Source: an uncultured bacterium | GTDB lineage: Bacteria > SAR324 > NAC60-12 | Length of the DNA: 64,000 bases | Direction: 5' to 3' | Assembly (NCBI GenBank): GCA_965662235.1 | Contig: CBFIGY010000016.1 | Coordinates: forward strand, 8,782-72,781 | Part shown: piece after piece, positions 18,864-28,468 of the stretch | Layout of the letters: every line of letters begins with the position of its first letter | Position numbering within the stretch: the first letter of the stretch is position 1 | Notes under the pieces: generated by a model | Told to the model about the DNA's origin: nothing | The model's input: the letters and a program-made list of their open reading frames with translations, nothing else | Database searches by the model: none | Made by a program: the position numbers and the translations under genes

Positions 18864-20095
18864 AGCGCTCCCTCCTGACCCTCCTACTCCTGCTCAGTCT
18901 ACTGGGCACCGGGGCTTCGGCGCAAACGCCGGGCTACGAGGCATTGGACACCCGGCTGTCGAAGCTCGTGCAGAAGGGCTGTGTGCTGGTGGGTTCCTCC
19001 AGACAGGTCCTCTACCGTTACCCGCAGGGCTGCAACCCCACTCTGGTCCCCGCGTCACTGCTGAAGGTGGCCAATGCCTACGCGGCCCTTTCCATTCTGG
19101 GTCCGGATTACCAGTTTCCCACCGATGTGTACGTCAGTGACGATCAGCGCCTAGGCATCAAGGGCTGGGGCGATCCTTACCTAACGTCCGAGACGTGGGC
19201 GGACCTTGCTGAAACCCTAGCGGCGGTTCCGGAATTGCCTCGAACGTGGCGTTCTCTGTTCTTGGACACGAGTGCTTTCGATCCAGAGTTGAGCATTCCG
19301 GGACTGGAGGCGTCGCTGGACCCCTACAACGCCAAAATTGGTTCGCTTTCATCCAACTTCAACACGGTCTACCTCGAGGTGCAGCCAAATGGAACCGTGC
19401 GTTCCGCGGAACCACAGACGCCGCTGACGCAGGTGGCGCGCTCGCTGGCAAAGGGACTGAAGCCTGGAAAGCACCGCATCAACATTACGCTGGAGGCCGG
19501 ACGCTCCCTAGACTACAGCGCAGAGTTGGCCCGCTTCTTCTTGGAGCAACAGGGATTTCAGTTTCAGGAGCCCTCTTATGGGATCCGTGAAGTGGGGCCA
19601 ACCGACCGGCGGGTGCTGCGGTACCTCAATCCGAAAAAGCTTCCGGAAGTCCTTGCCGGCATGCTTCAATATTCCAATAACTACATTGCCAACGAGTTGC
19701 TCCTGGCAATGGGACGTCAGCAGGCAGGCAATCCGGCGTCTCTCGGAAAGGGCGTCCGGGCGTTTCAGCAGTTCCTGGAGCGTCAGATGCAGTGGGCTCC
19801 GGAAACCTTTCAGATTGCAGAAGGGTCTGGGATCTCGCGTCAGAACCGCATGACCCCGGAAATGATCCTCGAACTGCTCCGAGCCTTTGAACCGTATGAG
19901 ACCCTGCTGCCGCTGGAAAAAGGCGTCCGCCTGAAAACCGGAACCCTCAAGGGCATCTACAACATTGCGGGCTACTTCCCTGATGTGGAGGACCGCTACT
20001 TTGTGGTGATGCTGGAACAGAAGAAGAACTACCGGGATGCGGTGATGCGGCACCTGCTGCGTACCTCGTTCCCTGAACCGACGGGTGCAAACTGA
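18860..20095 (+). CDS. D-alanyl-D-alanine carboxypeptidase/endopeptidase (peptidase S13, DacB-like)
   Basis: GTG start overlapping the upstream stop, signal peptide, PASLLK (SxxK), GDP, SNN, GSGISR, KTGT. Confidence 0.88.
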   Translation: MKRSLLTLLLLLSLLGTGASAQTPGYEALDTRLSKLVQKGCVLVGSSRQVLYRYPQGCNPTLVPASLLKVANAYAALSILGPDYQFPTDVYVSDDQRLGIKGWGDPYLTSETWADLAETLAAVPELPRTWRSLFLDTSAFDPELSIPGLEASLDPYNAKIGSLSSNFNTVYLEVQPNGTVRSAEPQTPLTQVARSLAKGLKPGKHRINITLEAGRSLDYSAELARFFLEQQGFQFQEPSYGIREVGPTDRRVLRYLNPKKLPEVLAGMLQYSNNYIANELLLAMGRQQAGNPASLGKGVRAFQQFLERQMQWAPETFQIAEGSGISRQNRMTPEMILELLRAFEPYETLLPLEKGVRLKTGTLKGIYNIAGYFPDVEDRYFVVMLEQKKNYRDAVMRHLLRTSFPEPTGAN

Positions 20096-20643
20096 TGCGA
20101 TTCCTTGTGCTACTGAGTTTCCTCTGCCTGAGCTGGACCTCCTTTGGCTGGGCGCAGAAGGTGCCATTGACAGACAGCGAGCGGACCCTCCTCAAGGAGA
20201 TGAAGGTCGAGATGCCCACCATGCTGATTGAGGCTCATAACTTTGAGATGAAGCTGATGGATGGGCGGGAACTGCCGCTGAGCGAGTTCCGGGGAAAGTT
20301 TGTGCTGCTGAACTTCTGGGCCACGTGGTGTGCTCCGTGCCTGCGGGAGATGCCAGACATGGAAGCGCTGCAGGAAAACGTTGGATCGGAGAACCTGACC
20401 GTGCTGGCGGTTTCTATGGGAGAGACGGAGGAACGGGTGCAGAAATTTCTGAAGATGCACGGATTCACGTTCCCCATTGTGGCCGATACCTCGATGGAGA
20501 TTGTTCAGCTTTACGGTGTCAAGAACATCCCGATCACCTACCTCATCAGCCCGGAAGGGGTCATTCTGGGACGCGCACTCGGGCCCCGGGAGTGGAACCG
20601 TATTTCCTTCCAGGAGTTTGTCAAGAGCCGAGTCGCGGGCTAA
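20095..20643 (+). CDS. TlpA/ResA-family thiol-disulfide reductase
   Basis: NFWATWCAPCLREMP; cis-Pro IPIT; signal peptide. Confidence 0.92.
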   Translation: MRFLVLLSFLCLSWTSFGWAQKVPLTDSERTLLKEMKVEMPTMLIEAHNFEMKLMDGRELPLSEFRGKFVLLNFWATWCAPCLREMPDMEALQENVGSENLTVLAVSMGETEERVQKFLKMHGFTFPIVADTSMEIVQLYGVKNIPITYLISPEGVILGRALGPREWNRISFQEFVKSRVAG

Positions 20644-20773
20644 TGCAGGAGTCTAGGCGCGAGTCACTGATGGACAAGAAGTCGCCCAGAAACGAGTGAG
20701 GCATCCGACCAAGGACAACCCAAGGCGTTTCGGCATCCGAGCCAACGTGTGAATCAATAAGAGGGAGAAGAAT

Positions 20774-20966
20774 GGGGGAGGTGGCAAGGAAGCCCGGCAC
20801 CGATCTCAAGACATCTTCCAGCCTGAGGCCTGCATCGATTTTCCTGGTACATGAAGCTTCGACTTTGTTTTAGGAGGTGTCGAAACCAGGATTTCCCTAA
20901 AAAATCGGTGCCGTTTTGCCGCTTCTCCTGAGGTACTCGTGGGAGAAGCAACGGAATTCTTAAGTT
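20774..20966. ncRNA. Candidate structured non-coding RNA (family and strand unassigned)
   Basis: Nested inverted repeats 20795-20804/20904-20913, 20843-20848/20885-20890 and 20858-20863/20879-20884 in a 450-bp gap between convergent genes. Confidence 0.4.
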
Positions 20967-20973
20967 GAGAATT

Positions 20974-21002
20974 AGCATACCGATGCTTGGCGGAGGAGTC
21001 CA
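20974..21002 (-). promoter_or_regulatory. Putative sigma70-type promoter pointing into the structured intergenic region
   Basis: Minus strand TGGACT-N17-TATGCT. Confidence 0.35.
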
Positions 21003-21092
21003 GTAAAAAATTGTAACTCTAGTGGTGATTTCTGCTACTAAACGGATTTAGTAAACCGTTACAGCGGTTTTGTGAGGGCAAAACCTTGGGAA

Positions 21093-21911
21093 TTATGGGG
21101 TCAGCAGGAGGGCCTGCAGGCGTTCAAATTCTTCGAGAGACGAGTAGTGCAGCTCAATCCGACCCTGCCCGGAGTGGAAGTGGATGGAGACCTTGGTCCG
21201 GAGGTGACGGCTGAATTCCTCTTCTAGGGACTGCAGGTGGATCTGGGTGGATTCGGAGGTCTGAGGTGTGGAACGAGAGGAGCCTGGCGTCCGGAATAGG
21301 CTCGCCCACCGAGCCTGCTCGGCCTTAACCGCTTTCTCGGTCTGCCGGACGTTCCAGGCCTGTCGAAGGATCTGCTCCCGGAGGTGAAGCTGAGACGCGG
21401 CTCCAGGAAGTCCCAGCAACGCCCGGGCGTGTCCGGAAGAGAGGCGCCCGGCTTCAACATCTTGCTGAATGGCCTCCGGAAGCTGGAGCAGCCGCAGTTG
21501 GTTGGCAATGGTGGAGCGGTCCTTGCCCAGACGGCGGGCCAGTTCATTTTGGGTACAGGCGTACATCCGGAGCAGGTCCTGATAAGCCTGAGCCTCTTCA
21601 ATGGGGCTGAGGTCCTCCCGCTGAATGTTTTCCAGCAACGCCACTTCCAGCAGCTCCTGATCAGAAACCTTCCGAACCAGCACCGGAACCGTCTCTGCCT
21701 CTAGGAGGTTCAGGGCCCGCCAGCGACGTTCTCCTGCAACCAACTCGTAATGATCCTGAGCCCGCTCCCGGACCACCAGTGGCTGGAGGATGCCTTGACT
21801 CCGAATGGACTGGGCCAGTTCCTGAAGGGAACGTTCGTTGAAACGTCGACGTGGCTGGTTCGGGTTGGGCACCACCTGATGGAGCGGCACCTCCCGGAGC
21901 TCCTGACTCAT
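21093..21911 (-). CDS. parB: ParB/Spo0J family protein
   Basis: PNPNQPRRRF, GILQPLVVR, VAGERRWRA, ENIQREDL, HTH (LARRLGKDRSTIAN). Confidence 0.9.
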   Translation of the reverse strand: MSQELREVPLHQVVPNPNQPRRRFNERSLQELAQSIRSQGILQPLVVRERAQDHYELVAGERRWRALNLLEAETVPVLVRKVSDQELLEVALLENIQREDLSPIEEAQAYQDLLRMYACTQNELARRLGKDRSTIANQLRLLQLPEAIQQDVEAGRLSSGHARALLGLPGAASQLHLREQILRQAWNVRQTEKAVKAEQARWASLFRTPGSSRSTPQTSESTQIHLQSLEEEFSRHLRTKVSIHFHSGQGRIELHYSSLEEFERLQALLLTP

Positions 21912-22651
21912 TTTTGCAACCAGAGGAAAAATTCACGGTTGCCGCTCTTCTTCCCGATGATCGAAGAGTGACTTTCGCCCCGGACCGTAAATCCACAGGA
22001 CTCGGCTTCCGCCCTCAGTTCATCCAGCACCCGCCGGTGGGTGTCCTCGCTGGAAACCTTCCCGCCCCGCCCAATCTCCTCCACTCCGGCCTCAAACTGC
22101 GGCTTGACCAAGGCGAGGACGAACGCACCGGGCTTCAGGAACTCCGCGGCTTTGGGAAGGATCAGGCGCAAGGAAATGAACGAAGCGTCAATCACCACCA
22201 GGTCCACGAGCTCTCCAAGCGTTTCTGCTTCCAGGTAGCGAACGTTGGTTCGCTCTAGGGAAACCACCCGTGGATCCTGGCGAAGTTCCCAAGCCAGCTG
22301 CCCATAGCCCACATCGACGGCAAACACCTTGGCGGCACCATGCAACAGGAGGCAGTGGGTAAAGCCCCCGGTTGAGGCTCCAATGTCCAGAGCCACCCAC
22401 CCTTCCGGAGCAACGGCAAACTCACGCAGCGCTCCTTCGAGCTTCAATCCCCCGCGACTGACATACGGGTGGTCGCGTCCCAACACTTCCAGCACCGCAT
22501 CTTCCGGAACGGATTTCCCGGGCTTGTCGGCAGGGGTTCCGTTGACGCGAACCTGATGAGCGAGCACATAAGCCTGGGCCTTTTCTCGAGAAGGAGCCAG
22601 CCCCTTGTCAACCAAGAGCACGTCCAGCCGCTTGCGCTGAGGGCGACTCAC
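21908..22651 (-). CDS. tlyA: TlyA family rRNA 2'-O-methyltransferase
   Basis: S4 domain RLDVLL, YVSRGGLKL, DIGASTGGFT, DVGYGQL, KPQFE. Confidence 0.95.
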   Translation of the reverse strand: MSRPQRKRLDVLLVDKGLAPSREKAQAYVLAHQVRVNGTPADKPGKSVPEDAVLEVLGRDHPYVSRGGLKLEGALREFAVAPEGWVALDIGASTGGFTHCLLLHGAAKVFAVDVGYGQLAWELRQDPRVVSLERTNVRYLEAETLGELVDLVVIDASFISLRLILPKAAEFLKPGAFVLALVKPQFEAGVEEIGRGGKVSSEDTHRRVLDELRAEAESCGFTVRGESHSSIIGKKSGNREFFLWLQK

Positions 22652-22657
22652 AGCAGC

Positions 22658-24724
22658 TTATCCTTTTTCGGTGTGGGTGAAGACCACGTTCCAGCCGCTG
22701 GGGTCGACGAGGTACTGCTGGCAGCGCTGCAGCATCACCTCGGAGGGACCGTCTCCAGGATGAATCGAGAGGGCCTTTTCAAAGTGCTGAATGGCGGTTT
22801 TGAAATCGGCTTCTTGGTAGACCTGAAGTCCCTGGGCGTACGCTTCCGTTGCGCCGGCGATGGTGCCGGTGGTCTGGTTCTTCCGGGCCAGCAGTTCATA
22901 GACATGAACCGGGTCGTTGCGGCCGACCACTCGGATGACATCCAGAAGGCGCACGTCCACGGCGTCTTGGGCTTGCTTGTAGGTGTCACCGGAGATCATG
23001 GTGTAGTTTTTATAAAACTTGTTGGCACCTTCCAGCCGAGCGGCGAGGTTCACGGTGTCGCCCATCATGGTGTAGTCCATGCGCTGGGCGGAGCCCATGT
23101 TGCCGACCACGATGGGGCCGCTGTTGATGCCTTGGCGGGCATAGAGCTGGTCGCGTCCCTGTTGCTTCCAAACCTTCCGCATTTCTGCAAGCCGCTCCTG
23201 CATGTCAATGGCCGCGAGGCAGCAGAGGGTGGCATGGTTGGGCTGCTCGAGTGGAGCCCCCCAGAAGGCGATGATGGCGTCGCCTTCGAACTTGTCGATG
23301 GTGCCATTGTGAGACGAAATGATGTTGCACATCTCAGTAAGGTACTCATTGAGCAGCTGCACGAGCTCTTCTGGAGTCAGCTTCTCGGAGATGGTGGAAA
23401 ACTTCTGCACATCCGAAAAATAGGCCGTCATTTCCCGGCGCTCGCCTCCCAGCTTCAGCTTGCTCGGGTCATCGACAATGACGTCAATCACAGCAGGTGA
23501 GAGGTACTGCGAGAAGGCGCCCTTGATGAAGGTCTTCTGTTTGCGTTCCTTCAGGTAGAGGAAAAGGTTGATGAGGACGAAGCTGAGCACACACGCCAGC
23601 AACGCGTAGGTCATGGAAAACGCGACTCCGTGGTAGACATAGGCGTAAAACGCGGCCACCACGTAGGCGACGGTGATCAGCAGGTACAGCGGCGTGGCAA
23701 AGTGTCCCGAATGCGAAGCGGCCACAAAGAGCAGAAAGAGCCCCAGCAGAACCGCCAGCTCGGCAAACTCTGGAGCCGGCCGGATGGGGCCGTTGCTCAT
23801 GATGGTGTTGATGGTGTCAGCCAGGATCTCAATTCCGTACACCTCCCCAATTGGTGTCTCAAAAATATCGTGGGAGACTTCAGACGTGTCGCCGACAAGG
23901 ACGATCTTTCCCTCGACCAGAGGCCGGAGGTCTTCGGTTTCGTAGTCGAAGTCTTCTTCCGGAATGTCCTCAAGGTCCATGAGGATCATGGCTGCAGTAA
24001 TGGCGGCCGGAGTGTTTTTGCTGAGAAAGTTGGTGTGCGGAGGCAGGCTGGGGAAGTCGATCCAGAGGTCGTAGTTATGATCCAGTGGCGCTTGATAAGG
24101 CCCCACCACTAGGGTCTGTCCTTCCAGCCGAGGCTCCTCGCCCACAGCCATGGAGAGGGCCTTCACGGCAAAGGGCCAGAGGTTGTGTTCTTGGTGAATC
24201 TGGGGATAGAACCGGACTCGCGAGAGGTTGCTCCCGATCAGGGTGTGGTTGGTGTAGCCATCCTGAGTGGCCTCTGCAAGCACCTCGGTTGGACCATTGA
24301 TGCCCTGCAGCTCCTGATTCTTGAGCTGCAGCTGCGACACCACCATCGTGTTTCCTGCGGCCTTCAGTGCCTCTGCGAGAATCGGGTCCTCGTCATAGCC
24401 GTTGGGAAAGTCCATCAGCATGTCCAGCGCAATGACCTTTGCTCCAAGCTTGTGGAGGTTGGTGACAATGGTGGCAATGTCCTTGCGTTTGAGGGGCCAG
24501 CTTCCGTATTCGTCAAAGAACTCTTCCTCTGTGTCCACAATCAGGATCTGGTCGTAAGGGAACTGAGTCTGTTCCGGAGGCAGGGCACTGTTTCGCCAGA
24601 TGTGCCGGAAGCCGAGGAGCTGGTTTTCGACCATCGGAAAAAGCTCCAGGCGTTCTGCGGGCACCATGAGCAGAAACAGAAGGCCCACAAGCCACAGTTC
24701 GGGACGATTGAAGATCTTTTTCAT
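22658..24724 (-). CDS. CHASE2-domain class III adenylate/guanylate cyclase with C-terminal TPR
   Basis: CHASE2 (WPLKR, ALDMLM, GKIVLVG, YGIEILA), 3 TM, FSDVQKFS, IDKFEGDA, GDTVNLAARLEGAN. Confidence 0.92.
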   Translation of the reverse strand: MKKIFNRPELWLVGLLFLLMVPAERLELFPMVENQLLGFRHIWRNSALPPEQTQFPYDQILIVDTEEEFFDEYGSWPLKRKDIATIVTNLHKLGAKVIALDMLMDFPNGYDEDPILAEALKAAGNTMVVSQLQLKNQELQGINGPTEVLAEATQDGYTNHTLIGSNLSRVRFYPQIHQEHNLWPFAVKALSMAVGEEPRLEGQTLVVGPYQAPLDHNYDLWIDFPSLPPHTNFLSKNTPAAITAAMILMDLEDIPEEDFDYETEDLRPLVEGKIVLVGDTSEVSHDIFETPIGEVYGIEILADTINTIMSNGPIRPAPEFAELAVLLGLFLLFVAASHSGHFATPLYLLITVAYVVAAFYAYVYHGVAFSMTYALLACVLSFVLINLFLYLKERKQKTFIKGAFSQYLSPAVIDVIVDDPSKLKLGGERREMTAYFSDVQKFSTISEKLTPEELVQLLNEYLTEMCNIISSHNGTIDKFEGDAIIAFWGAPLEQPNHATLCCLAAIDMQERLAEMRKVWKQQGRDQLYARQGINSGPIVVGNMGSAQRMDYTMMGDTVNLAARLEGANKFYKNYTMISGDTYKQAQDAVDVRLLDVIRVVGRNDPVHVYELLARKNQTTGTIAGATEAYAQGLQVYQEADFKTAIQHFEKALSIHPGDGPSEVMLQRCQQYLVDPSGWNVVFTHTEKG

Positions 24725-24935
24725 GAAACTGCTGGAGTAAGAAAAGTTGAGGCGGTGGCCAAGGACGTAAGGTTCAAAAAACCCCTGCACCATGCCACAC
24801 CTGTGAAAAATGCACAAACAGCTCGTGCGGCCCGGACGACGTCACCATTGACCTGCTGGCTGAAAGTGGCTTACAGTAGGGGCGTTTGGGAACCCCTGTG
24901 CTCCCGCAGGCAGGCTTTTTCTCTGGAGCAGTACC

Positions 24936-25769
24936 ATGTTTAAGAAGCTGGAGTCCACGGTGTGGGTGTTTGATGTGGAGTGGGTCCCGGACCCGGAGCT
25001 GGGACGTCGGCTGTACCAGCTTCCGGAGGAGATGCTTCCGGAAGAGGTGCTCCAGGAAATGTGGCGTCACGGAGGCGCATCAGACGACGACCCGCAGCCT
25101 TACCTGAAAACGATCCTCTGCCGCGTCGTTTCCATTGCTGCGGTCACCCGGAAGGTTCACCGCAACGGGGAAGTCTCGCTGCAGCTGACCTCGTTGCCGC
25201 ACGATGTCACGGATCCGGAGCAGGGGAAGGAGTCGGAAATCCTTCAGCGTTTTTTGCAGGCGGTAGGACAGCACCACCCGCAGCTCGTGGGGTTCAATTC
25301 TCAGCGGGCGGATCTGAAGATCCTCGTCCAGCGGGCGGTCGCCCAGGGACTCCAAGCCCCTGATTTTGCGCGACGTCCGAACAAACCCTGGGAGGGCCCG
25401 GACTACTGGTCAACTGCCAGTGACTTCAATGTGGACCTGATGAGCATTTTGGGCAGCTTCGGAAAATCCACTCCGTCACTGCACGAGATGGCCCTCGCCT
25501 GCCGCATTCCCGGAAAGCTCAGCACCAGCGGCGACAATGTGGCAGAAATGTGGCTGAATGGACACTGGCAGGAAATTGTCGCCTACAATGAAACCGATGC
25601 CCTCACCACCTACCTGGTCTGGCTACGGCTGGCTCATTTTGCCGGCTTCCTCACTCCGGAGGCGTATGCTCAGGAGCAGGAGCAGCTCCGGCAGTTGCTC
25701 CAGGACTCCGACGCCCCCCACCTCTTGGAGTTTCTCACTGCCTGGGATCACCTGCAGGCCCTTTCCTAA
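24936..25769 (+). CDS. Stand-alone 3'-5' exonuclease (PolB-exonuclease-related)
   Basis: ExoI FDVE, ExoII GFNS..D, ExoIII YNETD. Confidence 0.85.
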   Translation: MFKKLESTVWVFDVEWVPDPELGRRLYQLPEEMLPEEVLQEMWRHGGASDDDPQPYLKTILCRVVSIAAVTRKVHRNGEVSLQLTSLPHDVTDPEQGKESEILQRFLQAVGQHHPQLVGFNSQRADLKILVQRAVAQGLQAPDFARRPNKPWEGPDYWSTASDFNVDLMSILGSFGKSTPSLHEMALACRIPGKLSTSGDNVAEMWLNGHWQEIVAYNETDALTTYLVWLRLAHFAGFLTPEAYAQEQEQLRQLLQDSDAPHLLEFLTAWDHLQALS

Positions 25770-25777
25770 AGACCCAA

Positions 25778-26956
25778 ATGTCCGAACAGCATGAATTTCT
25801 TGAGGCAGCCGAGTTGGCTCGGAGCCGATCCCGTCTGCAGGGAGCTCCGGCTCCAGAAGCCGCTGAACGTCCCCTGCAGGCACGTCCGGGAGAGGCCAGT
25901 GGCTTTGAAAAGATCCTGCCCCTTTCTACAAATGAAACGCTGCGTGAGCGGTACATCAATTTTTTTGGGGGGCTGCGAGTGGGGAAGCTCCTGGAGGAGT
26001 TGGACCTCAGTGCCGGGATGGTTGCCTACACGCATGCCGAAGGATGGGAACGGGGTCTGACGATTGTGACCGCCGCTTGTGACCGGATCGACCTGACCGG
26101 GCCTCTCCGGAGCGATCAGGACCTGCGCATCCAGGGGAGTGTCAACTGGGTGGGCCGCAGTTCCATGGAGGTGGGCTTCCGGATCTCGGCACAGGAAGCA
26201 GGGAGCTGGCGGCCCGTGGCCCGCGCCTACTTCATCATGGTGTCTCGACGCGGTGAGGCGGCTGCCCCGGTGAACCCACTCATCCGGGAAACCGAGGATG
26301 CGGTTCGGCGTTTTGCAGAAGGAGAGGTGCGGCAGCAACAACGCCGAGAACTGGCGCATCAGCATGTGCACCGGCAGCCGCCTTCCGCTGAAGAGGGACA
26401 GGTGCTCCACGACCTCTTCTTGGCTCGCAGCTCCGGACAGGTGGGAGTGCCGATGAGTGAGACCATCCGGCAGTCCACGCTACTCATGCACCCTCAGTCC
26501 AAGAACATCCATAATAAGATCTTTGGCGGGTACCTGATGCGGGAGGCCTTTGAGCTGGCTTGGAACATCACCGTTCTCCACTGCCGCCGTCGCCCACATT
26601 TTGTCAGCGTCGACCACATGTACTTCTTTGAGCCAGTTGAGATCGGGGCCATCCTCTCGTTCACGGGGCGGGTCATTTACACCAGTGAGCAGGCGCTGAT
26701 GGTGGAAGTGGTCACCGAGGTCATTCAGCCGTCAACGGGGGAAACCCGGGTGACCAACGACTGCTTCTTTACCTTCACGGCACCAGAACAGAATGGGGAG
26801 GCCGTTGCGATTCCTGCAGTGCAGCCGCATACGTACGAGGAAGGACTGAAGTACCTAGAAGGACGGAGGCGCTTTCAGCTGGGAGAGGCCATTCGGAGGA
26901 AGAAATCCGGAGAAGCGTCTGAGGCTTCAGAGGAGGGTTCGACTTTGGGAGCGTGA
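25778..26956 (+). CDS. Double hot-dog acyl-CoA thioesterase (ACOT9-like)
   Basis: GKLLEELD, IVTAACDRI, WVGRSSMEV, NIHNKIFGGYLMREAFELAW. Confidence 0.85.
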   Translation: MSEQHEFLEAAELARSRSRLQGAPAPEAAERPLQARPGEASGFEKILPLSTNETLRERYINFFGGLRVGKLLEELDLSAGMVAYTHAEGWERGLTIVTAACDRIDLTGPLRSDQDLRIQGSVNWVGRSSMEVGFRISAQEAGSWRPVARAYFIMVSRRGEAAAPVNPLIRETEDAVRRFAEGEVRQQQRRELAHQHVHRQPPSAEEGQVLHDLFLARSSGQVGVPMSETIRQSTLLMHPQSKNIHNKIFGGYLMREAFELAWNITVLHCRRRPHFVSVDHMYFFEPVEIGAILSFTGRVIYTSEQALMVEVVTEVIQPSTGETRVTNDCFFTFTAPEQNGEAVAIPAVQPHTYEEGLKYLEGRRRFQLGEAIRRKKSGEASEASEEGSTLGA

Positions 26957-26980
26957 GGCCCCCAAAGCCGATGAAACGGG

Positions 26981-28468
26981 TTAACGCTTCATGTTGACGA
27001 GATCCGTGATCATCTCATCGGAAGTGGTCACGGTCTTGGCGTTTGCCTGGAAGGCCCGCTGCGACTCGATCATCTTCACAAACTCGTTGGAGAGGTCAAC
27101 GGTGGACTGCTCCAGACTCATGCTCCGGATCTCTCCGAAGCCGGCGGTTCCCGCCTGACCCGTCACTTTCTTCCCGGCGCCCTGAGTTTCGCGGAGGAGG
27201 TTGTCTCCCACCTGCGCGAGTTTGCCCGGGTTGTCAAACTTGGTCAGCACGACTCGTCCGATCGGACGGGTGTAGCCCGAGTCGAACACGCCCTCGACGG
27301 TTCCGTCACTCTTCACCGAAATGTTTTCCAGGGTACCAGACGCGTTTCCGTCGGCACTGGCCCGGATGACGTTGTACTTGCCGGCAAACTGGGTCAGTCC
27401 GTCCAGACCGGTCCGCGGATCGGTGGGATCATCCGGATTGAAACCGTCTCCCAGGTGCAGGCCCACCACCACGGGGTCTTCCCCGTTGAACGGCACGGCA
27501 AACTGCGGAACACCGGTTTCCGGATCCACCGGCTGCGGTACGAGCCGAGGCGGTCCGCCTGGCAGCGCTTGTCCGGTAGCAGGATCAACTCCGCCCGGGG
27601 TTGCTTCAAACGAACCACTGGTGGCCGCAATGAGCTTACCGTCGTCTGTGAACTGAAGGAATCCGCCGCCCACAGCGACCTGAGTCCCTGGCATTTGTCC
27701 GAGGGAGGCGCCGTCCAGCATCATGTAGTACTCCCACTGGTTCCGGACACCGGTACCGGGAATGGGCAGACCGGTTGCTGCGTCCACCTGCTCAGGCAGG
27801 TCCGGGCGCTTCCGGAAGGCCACGGTGGCAGTGTGGCTGTTTCCGTACTGGTCATAGACGGTGGTGGAGGTCGCAAAGTTGTACATGGAATCCCGGACGT
27901 TGGTCGGATCCAGGGGCATGTCCTTGACCACGGCGTTGGCGTCCAGATTGACGGCCACTCGAATGCCGGTTCCGTTTCGTCCGTCACCTGTCGGCTGAGG
28001 CGGATCGACGAGTCCGAGAACCTTCAGGGAACCCGGAAGGCCCTTGCTTTCGCCGGTGTTGCGGTCCACTTCGAGCGCCTGCACACGGTGTCCTCGTGGC
28101 GTGGAAAGGAAGCCTTCCTTGTCATAGGAAAACTGTCCATTCCGGGTATACATTTCCTTGCCCGTCGCCGGATCGACAACGGTGAAGTAGCCGCCGCCGC
28201 CGATGGCCATGTCGGTGGCCATGGAGGTGGTTTCAAAGGCTCCTTGCGTGAACTCCTGTTCCACGCTGCCGATCTTGACCCCGTTGGAGACCTGGGTAAA
28301 CGAGCCTCCTTGCGGGTAGTTGTTGCCCATCAGGTCCTCAAAGGCAACGATGTTGCGCTTGAAGCCGTAGGTGTTGACGTTGGCGATGTTGTTACCAATC
28401 ACCTGCATCGCCTTGCCGTGGGTTTTCACCCCACTGGCACCGGTTTGCAGCGATCCTAGTAAAGCCAT
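26981..28468 (-). CDS. flgE: Flagellar hook protein FlgE
   Basis: GNNIANVNTYGFK, DMAIGGGGYF, YTRNGQF, LEQSTVDLSNEFVKMI..QRAFQAN; RBS AAGGAG. Confidence 0.96.
   Translation of the reverse strand: MALLGSLQTGASGVKTHGKAMQVIGNNIANVNTYGFKRNIVAFEDLMGNNYPQGGSFTQVSNGVKIGSVEQEFTQGAFETTSMATDMAIGGGGYFTVVDPATGKEMYTRNGQFSYDKEGFLSTPRGHRVQALEVDRNTGESKGLPGSLKVLGLVDPPQPTGDGRNGTGIRVAVNLDANAVVKDMPLDPTNVRDSMYNFATSTTVYDQYGNSHTATVAFRKRPDLPEQVDAATGLPIPGTGVRNQWEYYMMLDGASLGQMPGTQVAVGGGFLQFTDDGKLIAATSGSFEATPGGVDPATGQALPGGPPRLVPQPVDPETGVPQFAVPFNGEDPVVVGLHLGDGFNPDDPTDPRTGLDGLTQFAGKYNVIRASADGNASGTLENISVKSDGTVEGVFDSGYTRPIGRVVLTKFDNPGKLAQVGDNLLRETQGAGKKVTGQAGTAGFGEIRSMSLEQSTVDLSNEFVKMIESQRAFQANAKTVTTSDEMITDLVNMKR

Noticed and set aside
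20754..20978. 74-aa minus-strand ORF in the tlpA-parB gap
   Set aside because: Its start lies inside the putative -10 box, with no RBS and atypical composition.
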